Assembly: GCA_905178155.1 (NCBI GenBank)
Contig: CAJINV010000004.1
Span: 4,009,555-4,073,554, forward strand
Reading direction: 5' to 3'
DNA length: 64,000 nt
Source of the DNA: Amoebophrya sp. A120
Taxonomy: Eukaryota; Protista; Dinoflagellata
The translations under genes were made by a program, and so were the position numbers. Of the stretch, positions 1 through 13,180 are shown one piece after another; within the stretch, counting starts at the first letter, position 1, and each line of letters begins with the position of its first letter. The notes under the pieces were generated by a model. The model made no database searches and was not told where the DNA came from. It saw only the letters and a list, made by a program, of their open reading frames with translations.

Positions 1-569
1 CTGCCGTTTGCGTCACAAAAAAATAAATTGGATGCAATACTACCATTCCATGGTAGGGTGTTCGAATTGAAATTTTTCCACCATGCAGAAGATCCAGCGT
101 GTGGACTACAGTGATCCTTCACTTATTATCAATTTGAAGTTGATAGAAAATCGTCATATATGAATGTTACGAACTTCATCTTCTTCGCCAACCACGTACA
201 ACTACGGCAGAGTGATTCTAGGTCGACAACTCTGGTCCTTTGCATGAAGATCCATCGATCCGCATAGTACCTCCGTGTCCGTGTACGCTCTTATAGAAGT
301 ATGTAGGCATCTTCTGTCCACCTTGTTGTCTGCGCGATGTAGTCTCTGTCAACCGGCGACCGCTCCTCTTTCAGTTTCAGGAAAAGCAGCTCGAGTTGAA
401 ATATGGAGGGACCATCGAATGATCATTTCACCACTACTGGCGGAAAAAATAGCACGTAGCCTCATCTCTTGGCTCTCGAAAACTTCTTCACTCAGCAACA
501 AGTGAAATTGAACCGCTTTCCCTCTTGTCTTCCGTGGTCTTCAAGTGTGAAAAAGGAAAAACCAGAAAG

Positions 570-1504
570 ATGTTTATCGCCAAGGAGCGTCGTTTCTGCA
601 AGCCCCTGCTGGAACAGCTTGGGAGGCAAAGATCAGCATGCGGAGCGCCGGCAGTTCCAGGACTGCAGGCAGAGCAAATGTGGATGCGTTTACCAAGCGC
701 GCCGCGACCACGTGGCAGTAGTCTACGAACAGCACGGGGGATGAATCAACATCAAAGCTATGGGACCACGAGAAGTAGTACCTGCAGCAGACGAGTAGTA
801 GATCATGCGTCTTTACTGACGAGCTCCGCAAGAACATACTCCACGTTCCTTGCAGCTACGCGCCGATCTTCCAGTTTTCCCAGTCTTGATGTTTCCTCGA
901 CCACGAGTAATAGATTGGGATTGGCAATTACAGGTATAATTGCAGCAACTCCAACTACCACGCTACCGCTAGTACCAGAAAACGAACCACATCAACAGCC
1001 ACAAAAACGTCGTAGCTTTGCCTCCGCTTCTCGCAAGGACGTGGGGGACGGCGAGGGGGAGAGCAAGCGGATGTCGGAGACGGAATTTCATTCCCTGGCG
1101 GACGACGCGTTGAATGCGTGTTTGGATTTAATCGAGGACCGGAACATCGACGAACAGATCGAGGTATCCTGTGCAAAAGTATCGTACTCGTAGTAATTGC
1201 TTTCATGCATGACAAATATCCCTTTTTGGCTGAATCAGCATGACAAATTCCATTTTCCCTTATGCAAAAACTTGTGATGCGATTTATACTAGTACGATAC
1301 TTTTGCAATGCATACGAGGACTACGACTTGGCGGACGGGGTGCTCAAGATCGTGGTCACCGCGAAGGACCAAATTGTGGTGAACAAGCACAACGCCACGC
1401 AGCAGATCTGGTATTCCAGTCCTTGCGGCGCGCAGTACTTCGACGCGCCGTATGGGGAGCTGGTCGGGGCGCTGGAAAAGGACTTGGGGGAACTGCTGCC
1501 TTGA
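570..1504 (+). CDS. FXN: Frataxin (CyaY family) with N-terminal extension, 2 exons
   Basis: Spliced C-terminus EFHSLADDALN...IE|DYDLADGVLKI...VVNKHNATQQIWYSSPCGAQYFD matches the frataxin signature. Interrupted by an introner at 1165-1314. Start ATG (570) is uncertain. Confidence 0.88.
1165..1314. mobile_element. Introner family A
   Basis: TIR tat-N4-tgcaaaagtatcgtact; direct repeat cgagg/cgagg; readable as GT-AG. Confidence 0.92.
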
Positions 1505-4500
1505 CAAGTAGGGCGAGCGTTTTGAACAAAAAATGACTTCTATATTGTTGACTCAGAAGAAGAAGATTACTCTAAGCGACTGCGTATCTCTTTGCGTTCT
1601 TTCATATTCGTATGAAAAGGCGACGATGTCGCGCAACGCGAAAATTGATGAAGCTGCGACCTACAACGGACGTGCGTAGTAGTCGCGCTTTTGGTGTCAG
1701 TGTCTTCCACTCGACGCTGTTTCCTTCGATGTGGTCTGGGAATTGTTGTTCAGCCACTGTGGTCAATACCGAGCCAAATTTCTCCAGTCAATCGGCAAGC
1801 GAAGGGCCGAGCTATCTCACAAGCGGGACAAAGTGCCGCGCATTCGCGGCGCCATGGCCATTGGTAGCCTCGTGGGCGTTCGCTTGGGCGGTAGTCCCAA
1901 GGGGGAGGGGCGCGAGGCGGGCAACGGGACCCCGAAGCCGCCGCAGTCGCGTGCGAAAGCACAGGCCCGCCTGCTCTGTGTTGCTTGGCGCCCCGGCGCT
2001 CGGGCGACGGGTCTCCTGCGTGAGGGCGGCCTCGAGCTCCGCCGCAAACAATTACACGCAGCCGCCCCCGGACCCCGGGCGGGCCGGCACTCGGTGCCTT
2101 GGGCGCTACCCACCGCCCGCCCCTAGAAAGTAAGGCCGGCATCTCCCTCCCAGGATGGATGGAGCGAGGTCGGTGTCCTCGCCCCTCGGCGAGCGTGCGT
2201 CATGCGTTCGCTCGGCGGCGTCTTTGTCCGCACCTTGTTCGCCACCGGAGCGAGGCGATGCTATCGAACCGGACGCGGTCAGTTCCGACAGATCTGCAGG
2301 ACCGGCACAAAGTCCAAGAGCGAGGAAGCAGCTAGTGGCAGACGCGCTTGCGCCAGGGCGAAAAGGAAACCACAGCGAAAGATGGAGCGCGCAGCAGTAG
2401 CGCGTGTTGCCGTCCTGGAAAGCCAGGAGAAAACGGCGGGCAAAATCCTCCGAAGAGTCTGCACGTTGTGCCGCGTTTGTAGCGCTGCCCGCAGTGCTCT
2501 GCGTGCTGTGTGAGCAACCGAGCGCATAGATATGAATGTCAGGCGCGGGGTGGTCTGCGCGCTCCCCGAAGGACAGTTTGGCGCCGCGTTTGTAGTGTTG
2601 TTAGTGGTGCTCTGCTCTGTGGGCCGTTGTGGCGCATAGAAATAAGCGCCACAACGCGCGAAGGCTCGCGCTGTTGGCCGATGGTGGCGCGCGGCCGGCG
2701 CACTTGCGCGTCTTTGCCTCCCTTGGTGGGCGCATGTCAGTGCGCACGAAGGCGACCCCGCCCCGCGCATTGGGCAGGCCGAAGAGGTTTGGGGCCCGCC
2801 CCGGCCTAATGCGCAGCGCGCCCCTCGGGAACTTGTTCCGCAGTCCCCCTATGGCTTTTGTTCTGCGAACGCCCGCAGACGCTTCGGCGCCTGCCGACGA
2901 AGGGCGGCCCGGCGCGCGGAGTTCGCCTCTTGGCCTTGCCGATCCCTTCCCCTTTCTGTGCCAGCGCTGCCGCAGGTCGTTGCCAGTGTTTGGCACCCTG
3001 CGCCGGCGGCCGAGTGCGCGGGGCCACTCCACTGGGACCAGGCAGCGCGGCACCCAGACGGCGCGGGCAATGATCTGCGCGCCCTACCGCGGAGAGACTG
3101 ACGTCGCCCGCTTGCTTCCATAGGAGGCCAGGCGCCCGCACCCTCCGGCAGCGCGCCCAGAGTGAAGAGGTGGAGGCGCCGCCTCCTTTGCCCCTGCCCC
3201 CACTTTCTGCACGGCGGTGACTGGTGTCGCAGCGCCCAAAAGGGGCGCCCGCGTGGCCCGCCCGTGCCCGCCTGGCCAGGCAGAAGGCTGGCGCGCGCGC
3301 GGCTTGTTTTTGTTTTCCGACCGCGCGCCCGCTGCCCCCGCCTAGCGCACACAGCGCGCGGGCGCGCCCACAGCGGGAATTGGGGTCGACGCATGCGACC
3401 GGGGGCCGGCGGAGGGGGGGCGCAAAGAAAGCCTTCGCGAAAAGGACGGCCGAGCGGGCGATGGGACCGGACGGAGCGAGGGTGGGAGCAAGGGAGGCAG
3501 CGGGCCCGCATTCCTCTTCTATTGGCACCCATGGCGCGGCCGAGGTTCCCGGATATTGGGACGCGACTAGCGCTGCCACCGGGCCGCCCGGCCGTCTGTC
3601 AAAGACCGCGTCGCCCCAACTAAGCCTGCAGGGCGATGCGACTGGGCCGGCCCAGGTGGCTCGTCCACGCACGGTTCTCGCAGTATAGCGTCCGACGTTG
3701 TAGCAGGAACGCCAGCCCACTAGCACTAGTCAGGGTAGTCTGAGATGGAGCTGGGTAGTTTGTGTCGACGCAATGGAGCTAGCGTCCGCCGACGTCTTTT
3801 GTCCATGATCTTCATCTTCTTCTTCTTCTGTGTTTTCGGCCTTTTTCTGGTCTGTTGCCACTGTGTTTGCGCGATGACGCTCGAGCTTGTCCCCGGTTGA
3901 AATAAACCTCGCTTTCGGTGGAACATATCACCTATTTAACCTCTTAGAAGAACATCAAACAAAGTCTCTTATAGTACTGATTTTGGTCTGCGAAACGTAA
4001 ATCCCCTCAGCACTACCGACGTAAAATTCTGTTGTCTGCGAAACGTAAAAACTTCTCGTTTATTTCAAATCATTATTTTCTCATTTCGTGGTCGTGGTCG
4101 CCTATTTTTCTGCATATTCTTATCGACCGTGGTGTTGATTGTTGTTCGTTACCGTCGCGTCCTGCTAAAGTTTTGCCTCTCTTCATTGTTGCCGATTGTT
4201 TCCCACAGCAGAAGCCCAGTGCTCGAACACGATCGGAGTGCACCAGCGAGGCATTGCTGGGTGAAGCCAGAAAAAGAAGCTGCATCATCAACACCTCCAA
4301 ATCCAGTAACACTCACACAACGACCACAAGAACGACGCACAGTTTGAAACTGTACTGAGGCAGCCGACATCGTCGCTCTCTAGGCCTGGCGTGAAAAAGA
4401 GAAAGGCAGAAGTACATCAGGCCCTGGTGGTAGGCTCTGAAGACTGCGAAGCCTTTCAGGAACAACAAGCGCGAAAAAGCTCTTCACCTTGGACACCAGC

Positions 4501-4517
4501 AGCGCAGTTCTGCAATT

Positions 4518-7095
4518 ATGACGACGCTCGGTGGTGGTCCCTCACTCGGCCGGGGGCCGTCGGGCGCGACAAAATTTCTGCTCAAATTTGACTCCTTCCG
4601 GGAAATACCCTCGGACCTGACCGAGCCCACGTTACTCGGCAGCGTGTTCACCCTCTTCGCATACTTTCTTTGCGGTACAAAAATTGAACTTGAACTGAAA
4701 GCTGGATCTTCATCACCATCATTTTCATTTTCGCAGTGCTAGAACGATGAATGTAAACGTACACAAGAACCTGCTGATGTTTTCCAGGACAACACACATA
4801 AAAATCCACCACACAACAGGTACACTTTTCATGTGCGAGCTGTGGGGCTTTTTGATGGCGGAACACTCTACCCGCATTGTCATGGACGGCAACCAGGACA
4901 AGCAGCTCCGCATCAACTTCGACATTTTGATGCACGATCTGGCGTGCAAGCACCTCACCATAGGAATTTGGGATTCCTTCGGCAGCGAGCGCCTGAACAT
5001 CACCAGCAATATTGTGAAGTCCAGGAAAATGCACGACGGTATAGTATTGACATTGACCACCTACATTTGAACATGCGCTACATATTTTTACCCTCTAAGT
5101 CATGTGTTACAGCTACGCGTTCGCTTCATGAAGGGGTAGTACTACGGCCGCACAGAGCTGCAACTGCAAGATCTTTCTCCTATCGCTCTCCACCAAGACT
5201 ACATCTACAGGTACGTTCCATCCCTACACGGATTCGGAGCTCCTAGCGTTGGACAAGCACAATTTCACCGCCGAAGAAATGGAGGAGTACAACAAGGACT
5301 GGGGCAGCAGCGCCGAGAAGCACATATGCACTGCAAAAGTATCGTACTCGTACTAATTGCGTTTATGCATTACAAATTTTTTTGTGAACGCAAATCCGCA
5401 TTACAAAATCAATTTGTAATGCTAAGTCAAGTTGTAATGCAATTTATACTCGTGCGATGCAATGCTTTTGCAGTTCATAGCACACCAGCTTCGATAACGT
5501 GATCGAGAGCCACGACTTCACCTTTATAAATTTTTACGCGGGTTGGTGCCACCACTGCCGCATGTTCGCGCCGGAATGGGACAAGTTCGAGAAGGAGGCC
5601 AACTCCAAGCCCGGCGAGCTGGTGGACAGCAACGGTTCTCCGGTTTCTGTGCGCGTGATCAAGATCAACTGCGTGGACTTCGAGGAGACCTGCAGCCAGG
5701 AGCAGATCATGGGGTTTCCCACCGTGCGGCTCTACCGACGGACGGTCACGAAGCGGCGGTCCTTCTCCGAGTTTCCGCAGGCCCGAAACGCGGCCGCCCT
5801 CTCCGAGTGGATCAAAAAGGAGCTGAAAAAGCAGGAAGTAAGCAACCCCAACCTGCAGTTCCACAACTTTTTTTCCGAGGGCTGCCGCGCGGAGGGCTTC
5901 GTGGAGGTCGCGCGCGTCCCCGGAACGCTGCACCTAGAGGCGTCGCACTCGGACGACACGAGTTTGAATTTCGCCTTCACCAACGTGAGCCACACCGTGA
6001 ACCACCTCAGTTTCACTACCGCGGGCGAGTTGTCCAAGTACCCCACCCGGGTGCCGCGCAGCTTCGAGGAGCACGTGAATGTGTTGGACGGAAGAAATTT
6101 TTTCACCTCCGGCTTCCACCAGGCCCCCCACCACTACATACAAGTGGTCTCCACCTTTTTCGAGACGCAGAAGGCCCGGAGCTACCAACTCACGCACCAG
6201 CAGCGCCTGGCCGCAGTGTCGAAGCACAGCACGCCACAGGCGAAGTTCTCCTACTCCCTCTCCCCAGTCGAGGTGCGGGTCACGCAGAGCGGCTTACGGA
6301 AGTGGGAAAGCATCGTAATTTCGTCATAGATAAAGATCTGATGCACTCTCTCTCGTCTCTCGGTCTCGCAGCATCAGCATTGCATCTTCATATAAGTAAC
6401 TTTGTTGGCATAACGGTGACAATCAAAATAGAAATGCGAGGAGGCTGCTGGAGAAATTTCTATGACCGGACAAAAGTCCTTAATTCCGGATTTTGCTAGC
6501 GGTCTTTATAGAAATCCTAGCGGTCCCAGCTTGCTAGCTGACTAACGACAGCGACGCCGTCCGCCCTGGGAATGCACCCACACGCCAACGATTTCAAAGC
6601 AGTACACTGCAGCGGTGTGGCTCTTTGCATTCAATGCATTGAGCCAACAACCTTGTTGAGAAAATAGCAAAGGCGTCTGTGCGTGATGGCTATAAAAGCT
6701 GCGCAGTCATAAATATCACGCTTTGACACGAGTATGATCGTCATTTTTCTAGCGAACTGGGATCGCTAGAAAATCTATAAAGGCCGGTAGAAAATCCGGA
6801 ATTAAGCAAGTTTTGTCCGTTCATAGAAATTTCTATTGTGGATGGAATGACAATGAGCGGTTGCTGCGGTGCCTGTCGTGAAAAAAAAACCTGTCGTGAA
6901 GATCATGCTTTTCCTTTTTGTAAGTACGTGCATTTTACGATGGACTTTTGCCCGCAATACACCAAAAGATGGTACGAATTCATCACGTCCCTGTTGGCCA
7001 TTGTGGGCGGGGCCTTCACCGTCACCGGCATGCTCCAGGCTTCCACGGCAGCCGCAAAAAGGGCCCTGAAGATAAATCTGAACAAAGTGGTGTAG
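4518..7095 (+). CDS. PDI-C-type protein: ERGIC_N + thioredoxin (WCHHC) + COPIIcoated_ERV domain, 5 exons
   Basis: KFDSFREIPSDLTEPT..G (Erv41/46 N-terminus), FYAGWCHHC, GCRAEGFVEVARVPGTLH, FSYSLSPVEV, KW|YEFITSLLAIVGGAFTV. GT-AG introns 4675-4819, 5039-5210, 6302-6968; introner 5325-5479. Confidence 0.9.
5325..5479. mobile_element. Introner family A
   Basis: tatgcactgcaaaagt...cttttgcagttcata; direct repeat gcaca/gcaca; non-canonical ends. Confidence 0.9.
6452..6834. mobile_element. MITE/foldback element with ~85-bp TIRs inside a GT-AG intron
   Basis: 6452-6537 is an imperfect reverse complement of 6749-6834; both ends carry the palindrome agaaatttct. Confidence 0.8.
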
Positions 7096-7821
7096 TGAAC
7101 AGGCTACTTCCACGAAGTTGTACAACTCGACCAAGTATGACGAACAACATCCCGCCACGACGCGCCGTCCGAAAATATAAATAAAACACCCGTAAGCATG
7201 AATGTCAATGTAGGATCAACATATTGGTTGCAAAGGTGCCGTTGCTGACTTGTATTTCTGAGTCAGTTTCGGCACCGGTGCCAGCCAAGCTGCCCAAGAT
7301 GAATCATGACATTTTATACACCTTCATCCCACACTCCTGTTGATTGTCGCCTCGCCTCCGCACTCCGGAGGACGAGAAGATGGGAAAGAAAAACACATGC
7401 ACATCAAAATAACTGCCATTGCCACCACCTCCAGGAGCACCACCACAACAGGCACAGACTTCGTCATCTTCGCTGGTGCTGCCAAAGCAGGTTGTGTTGT
7501 GTCCAAAACACAAGCACAACAGACACTGAAGATCCGCAGTGGCCTGCAGTTCTTTTTGGTGGATTTCTATGCGAACGCCGATCCTGATACACATACATTC
7601 TACTCGAACGATGAGAGATTTGGATTTCCATTTGCCACAGCTTTGACTAGTGTCATTCCCGCCTTTTTTGCAACATAGACGAGAATGCCGTACTTCGTGA
7701 GCGAAATCTGCTTGGCGGTGTAATTTTATTTTTAGACTGAAGGTCGTTTGTGCAGTAAAGACGACGCGCCGACCAGCACGAAGAACCCTCGACACCCGTC
7801 AACATCTGCAGCGCCACGGCC

Positions 7822-10800
7822 ATGTTTTCGTCCGCGGCGTCCGCGCCTTTTGTTTCCACCTCCCGCACAGGAGGTGGTGCTTATCCTTATCCACAATACG
7901 ACGGCCCAACAACACCGCCGGTTCCCTACCTCGTGTGCTCCTTCGCGGTGACAGAGTTTGCACAGGCGGACATCACGCGGGAAAGTTTTGTTTCCTTGCT
8001 GCACTCCGAGCTGCGGAAAGTGAACAACTTTGCGTTGATGAAATACGACGGAGTCAACACCGCGTTGCGCCAGGCGTGGAAGGAGCTGGACGAGATGGCA
8101 AAGGAGGAAGCCCGGGCGGGTGACGTGACCACGAAACACACCCGCGTGTCCAAAGAGCGACTCAGGGGCAAGATCCGCGCGCAGGGCGAGGAACTCTGCT
8201 GGCTCGACTGGTTCCTGCGTGAGAACAAGGACACTTTGCAGCAAATTTTGGTGGAAGCGCAGGAGCGGAGGCGGGAGGATGAAGAGGATCGTAGACGTCG
8301 TGCGGCGGACAGGAGCAGGAGCAGCAGAAGACATCATGAAGACGCGACTATGCATTCAAGACGGAGCAGGGAGACGACGGAAAGAAACACGACCCCTTCG
8401 CGCGAAGTAGTGGAAGATGACGAAAATAACGATGATGATCCACTACCCAGAGGAGCAGGAGGTGGTAGTTCAAGTAGCTCTTCTTCGACGAGTAGCTACA
8501 CCTTTGAGCCAGAAACCACGACGACCCGTCGAACTACGACGAATAAGCGCGACAAAGATTTTTCCAATCGGAGAAACAAAAGGTCCTCGTCTTCAGGTAG
8601 AAGTAGTTCTGAGGAAGTAGACCCCGCTGACACGAGAACTGGGGACGGAGCGAGAATAAATGCTACTGGGCATCAAGGAACAAACCGGCAAGATCCTCGT
8701 CCTCGCAAGGATAAGCATAAGGAAACAACACGCAGACGTAACAAGACAACGGCGCAGGTGGATGTGCATGAGCTACTCGAACAGTACCTTGCGGCTGAAG
8801 GGGCGACTTCTACGCCCGACGTGGATGATGTTCCGGAACAGGAAGATGCCGTTGGTCCGGCTGGTGCCGCATCAACAAATGACGTTCATGTTGATGAAAG
8901 ACGACATGATATTGGTCAACAACACCACCTCCACCCGCAAGAACCTCCCGCAGCCGCCAGCAGTTCTACCTCTCGCGTGTACGCGAACCGGGTGTCCTTT
9001 GTGGCTTCGTCTCTCGGCGCGGACTCGACCACCTTCCTTTCGCTGCAGCTCGACGAGCTGCTGATCCTGCTCTCGTTGACCTGGCAGTCACTCCGCGGCG
9101 GCGGCAGCAAGGCCGAGAAGTGGCGGCCCGGGGTGAAATTTGTCCGGAAAACGCAGAAGTACTGGGTCCCCAAATCCGAGGTGGTGCGGCTGAAGACGGG
9201 GATTTTGGAACACTTGCCCTACTTGATCTTCGGCAAAAGCGTCCAGGAACTGGGGAAAATCTTGCTGCAGCCGTTCCGCGGCTACCAACTACAGGTGTTG
9301 AACAAGCGTGCTACGAACAAAGTCGTGGACCGGGAATCTGGTAGAAATGCAAGGTCAAACACAAACTCTTCAGGTGGTCGTGGTCAAGAACATAATCTCT
9401 CAAAAGGCAGCCAGAATGAGAATCAGGACGATGTTGAGGTGGAGGGCGACAGAATGAATGACGATGATACAACGAAGAGCACACCGGCACCGCAATCTGG
9501 TCGTCAGGGCGGGACCACTACCTTTACCGCGGCGCGCAAGAGCAACAGCAATAGCAGAGGAACTACTGCAACTGCAAGTAGTAGACCTTCGAAAACAAGC
9601 AAAAGAACAGACTCAAGCCAAAGCAAGAACAAAAAGTCAGACGAAATTGCTGTCGCTCGGCAGGAAGTAGACGAGGTAAATGACGACCCTCTGGAGGACA
9701 CGGACCAGCAGCCGGACGACGAGGAGCCGCGGGTGTGTGAGACGCAGCAGATTACGTCCGTGTATTTGGACTCGCCGGACGCCACGTGCTACCACCGCCG
9801 TATCTTGCGGGAGGAGGGCGCGCGGCTCGTGAGGTACCGCTGGTACGGCGAGTCGGACGAACAAGACCCAAACGAGGAGATTTTCATGGAGCGCAAAATC
9901 CACCACGAGTGCTGGGTGGGCGATTCCAGCACTAAGGAGCGATTTACGATTCCCAGGCTGCTGTTACCCCAATTTCTGCAGTTGACGAGGCCAAGGAATG
10001 GGTTCTTGCTTGGGCCAGATGAGGATCTAAAAGATGATGAATTGCCGATTTATTCCACCAGTGACGGCGAACGCGAAGGAACTACGACCACCACGAGCAT
10101 AGGGGAAGACGAGGACCAAACCGAGCGGAGGCGCCGCGAGCGAAAGAATGATAGAGGTGTTCAACATCATGATGGAACTGTAGTTCCTGCCGCGTCTACG
10201 AGTAGCACTTCTTCTTCATCCGAGGTGGAGGTCGAGGGTGAACATCAAGGACGTGGTCCTGCTCGTGGGCGACGGGCAGGGCCGGGGGGTGATCGTGAAC
10301 TTCACGGTGCGGATGTTGAGCATCGTAGATTGAAGATCACGGGCCCACCGGTGGAACAAGCTACGGCGCAGAAGTACTTTTATCCAGGAGCAGCTGCTCT
10401 ATTCGCAAAAGGTCTTCTCCAGCCTTTACTTCATCGGGGCAACAAGGAGAACGCAGTGCAAGAACATTATCAACGCCAGGACGAAATGAAAATTGTGCAA
10501 CAGAAGCTGCGTAGCTCGTCGTCGTTACCACCGTGGTATCTCCTGTGGTGGCAGAGATACATCGAGAGTCAGCAGGAGCAGCTTTTACGACGCACGACAG
10601 ATGAAACTACTATCGGGGAGGAAGAGTTGGACCCCACCGTCAGAGATGAGCGGGCTGAAGCGGAACTCCGCAACGCATTGCAGCTCGGACGCGAAATCCT
10701 CACGCTGCTGCACACCGACTATCAAATGTAAAAATGTCTGGGTCTGGAACAATGCAACTTGTCATGCTAAATTTGAAGTATGCAAAAATATGCGTTGCAT

Positions 10801-12394
10801 GATTACCAAAAGCCGTCCAGTTTTGACCAAGTCGGGAGGGAGTTTCTCATGCAGGATAGGCATGAGAGAGATCGCACAGAATCTGTCATGCTAGGTCCTG
10901 CATTGCAGACCTTATGGGTCATGGAAAAGCTCCATGACAAATCGCGCATTCTTCCAGACCCAGACATTTTTGCATTTGATACCGACCAACTCCGCCCGAT
11001 GATCCGCACTGCCTACAAGCGATGCGCCTTCCAGAGCGCCAGCAGCAACGAGCTGCGTATCTCACTGGACGTCGACATGCGCCTTCGCAAAGAGCATGGC
11101 GTAGTGAAAATGCCCGATGCTGATATGGATGCAGCTGTTGTTAGTACTCGAAATCCAACCAGACAGGAGAAAGCGAGGCTAAGCAGAAACCCAGCAACCG
11201 CAAATAAAGACGACGATTACCTCTTCCCCTACGCCATTTTGGAAGTGAAACTCGCTGGTCTGGCGGAGAATCCTCCGTGGGTGCAGGACCTGCTCTACCG
11301 CTGCCGAGCGATATGCATTGCAAAAGCATCGTACTAGTACAAAACGCATGACAAATTTTTCGTAAAGGAAAAATGAAATTTGTCATGTTGCAGAAAGCAG
11401 ATCTGTCATGCAAGACCTGCATTTAGACTTATACGAGTACGATACTTTTCCACAGGATAGGCGACGCAAGTGTACAAATTCTCCAAATTTCAGCACGCCA
11501 TGACGTTGCTGCACTATCAAAAAGTACCCTACAAACCGCACTGGTACGCGGATTTTGAACGGGGCGGTGGGCTGGCAGCTGTGCCTGTGAGTAATAGCCG
11601 CGAAGACATGCTGGGGGATGAACTAGGTGGTGGCTATAGTATCACAGGCGAAAGGAACTACAGGGATGAAAACGCCGGCACGCTCGTTACGGCCGTGGAC
11701 GTGGACGGCGGGGGTCGTCGAGAGTTTGACGAAAACGAGGGAACTACAAACACGATCAGCACCGCACTAATATCGACGTTAGCAAACCAATCGCACAAAA
11801 TCCGGAACATGCGCGTTTTGGAGGCCAAAGCGTTTTTCGCCAACGAGCGGACCTTCGTGCACTACGCGAAGCACGTATGAGAGTGCACAACTCCCCCTCC
11901 CCCTCATTTGTAATGCAAAGTACCAAGTTTGCACCTTGCTCGCAAGCACTGTTAGCATGACAAATTTTGGAACCTAAGATAGTATTACAATCCGCATCCA
12001 GATTTGTCATGCGAAAGCCCCTTTTCTGTATCTGTTGTTACTTGTGTTCGTTGCTGTTCATGCCATACAAAAGAGGGGGAGGGGGAGTTGTGCACTCTCA
12101 TAGCGCGGGCTGGTCTTTCTCCTGTTTCTCCGCTACATTGCGCACAGCCAGAACGAGACGTGGCGGGGCTTGAGCTTCGTCCTCGCCCCCTTTCTGGGGA
12201 CTTACTTTGTCTGGTGCCTCCTGATGTACCAGGATCGCACGCAAATCTTGGTGAAGCAGGAAGCGGTCTGCCGCAGCAAAAACTACCGCATGGACAGCGC
12301 CGAGGGACCGCTGCTGAGCTTCTTCCTCGCGGTTACGCTGTTGTTTGCGGTGCTGGTGTTGTTTTTCTTCGTGGATGAGGACGAGGGGGTGTGA
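7822..12394 (+). CDS. VTC4: VTC4-like vacuolar polyphosphate polymerase (partial SPX + VTC + DUF202 TM region) with long low-complexity inserts
   Basis: ELRKVNNF (SPX-like), FVRKTQKYWV, ITSVYLDS, RYRWYG, ERKIH, RTAYKRCAFQ, FPYAILEVKL, KFSKFQH, FFANERTF. Frames join after removal of three introners. The true start may lie upstream. Confidence 0.87.
10720..10981. mobile_element. Introner family B
   Basis: TIR tatcaaatg(t/c)aaaaatgtctgggtctggaa; direct repeat ccgac/ccgac. Confidence 0.93.
11312..11459. mobile_element. Introner family A
   Basis: Direct repeat agcga/ggcga; readable as GC-AG. Confidence 0.9.
11876..12102. mobile_element. Introner family C
   Basis: Perfect ~30-bp TIR tatgagagtgcacaactccccctccccctc; direct repeat gcacg/gcgcg. 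Confidence 0.92.
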
Positions 12395-13180
12395 TGATGC
12401 GTTGGTGCAGCTCACTCATTTTTTTTGCGTACTTCTACGATATTTTTCATGCTGCATTTGCATTTTGATGACATTCATTGTCTCATCTGTCATTTTTTCA
12501 GCACAAGAAAGATTTCTTCATGGACAAAAATGCATCTTCGATCCATGCTGTGCTTGGTCGACGCTTCTACGATCATACAAAAGCCTCCTGGCGCCACTTC
12601 GAAGAAGGAGACAAAAGAATGGAAGTTCTTTTGGGACGACCACGAGAGAGCGTCGTCGTGAGCGCAAGCACGACAAAAGAACGATGATCATTCTGTTCCA
12701 CCTGTTTCAGTTTCTCAAGAAGTTCTTCGCTCGCCTGAGCACCATCACTACCACTGCAAGTAATGAGAGTCGGGGCGCTATCGTGGCAGTCCATCGCGTC
12801 TAGAGTTGGTTTGCCGCAGTAGTTTTCGTTTTCCTTTCATCTGTTTCTGCGTGCGCGACAAAAATAGAGATAGACATTAAAGAGATGCGCAAGAGTTGTA
12901 AGTACAGAGCTACGAACTAGGACGAGTTGACGATTGTACTCGTGATTGCACTTTGTTCGACATTTTGGGTACTACTAGTATTCTACTTCCACCATCGCCC
13001 CCGCGCAGAGCCACGACGACGCGAAGCGGTGTGTGAGCGATACACGTGCAACTCAGTGTTTGGCTTTGAAGATAAAAAAGACACACAAAGGAAGTAGTGA
13101 AGGAACGTTCATCGAGAATAATACCATGGAGTATCAATCAAAACAAAGGTAAAAAAAAAACGCTGTTCTAAAAATACGCT

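Noticed and set aside
1612-3726. Many overlapping ORFs in the GC-rich island as genes
   Set aside because: Stop-codon scarcity from high GC content; no coherent domain.
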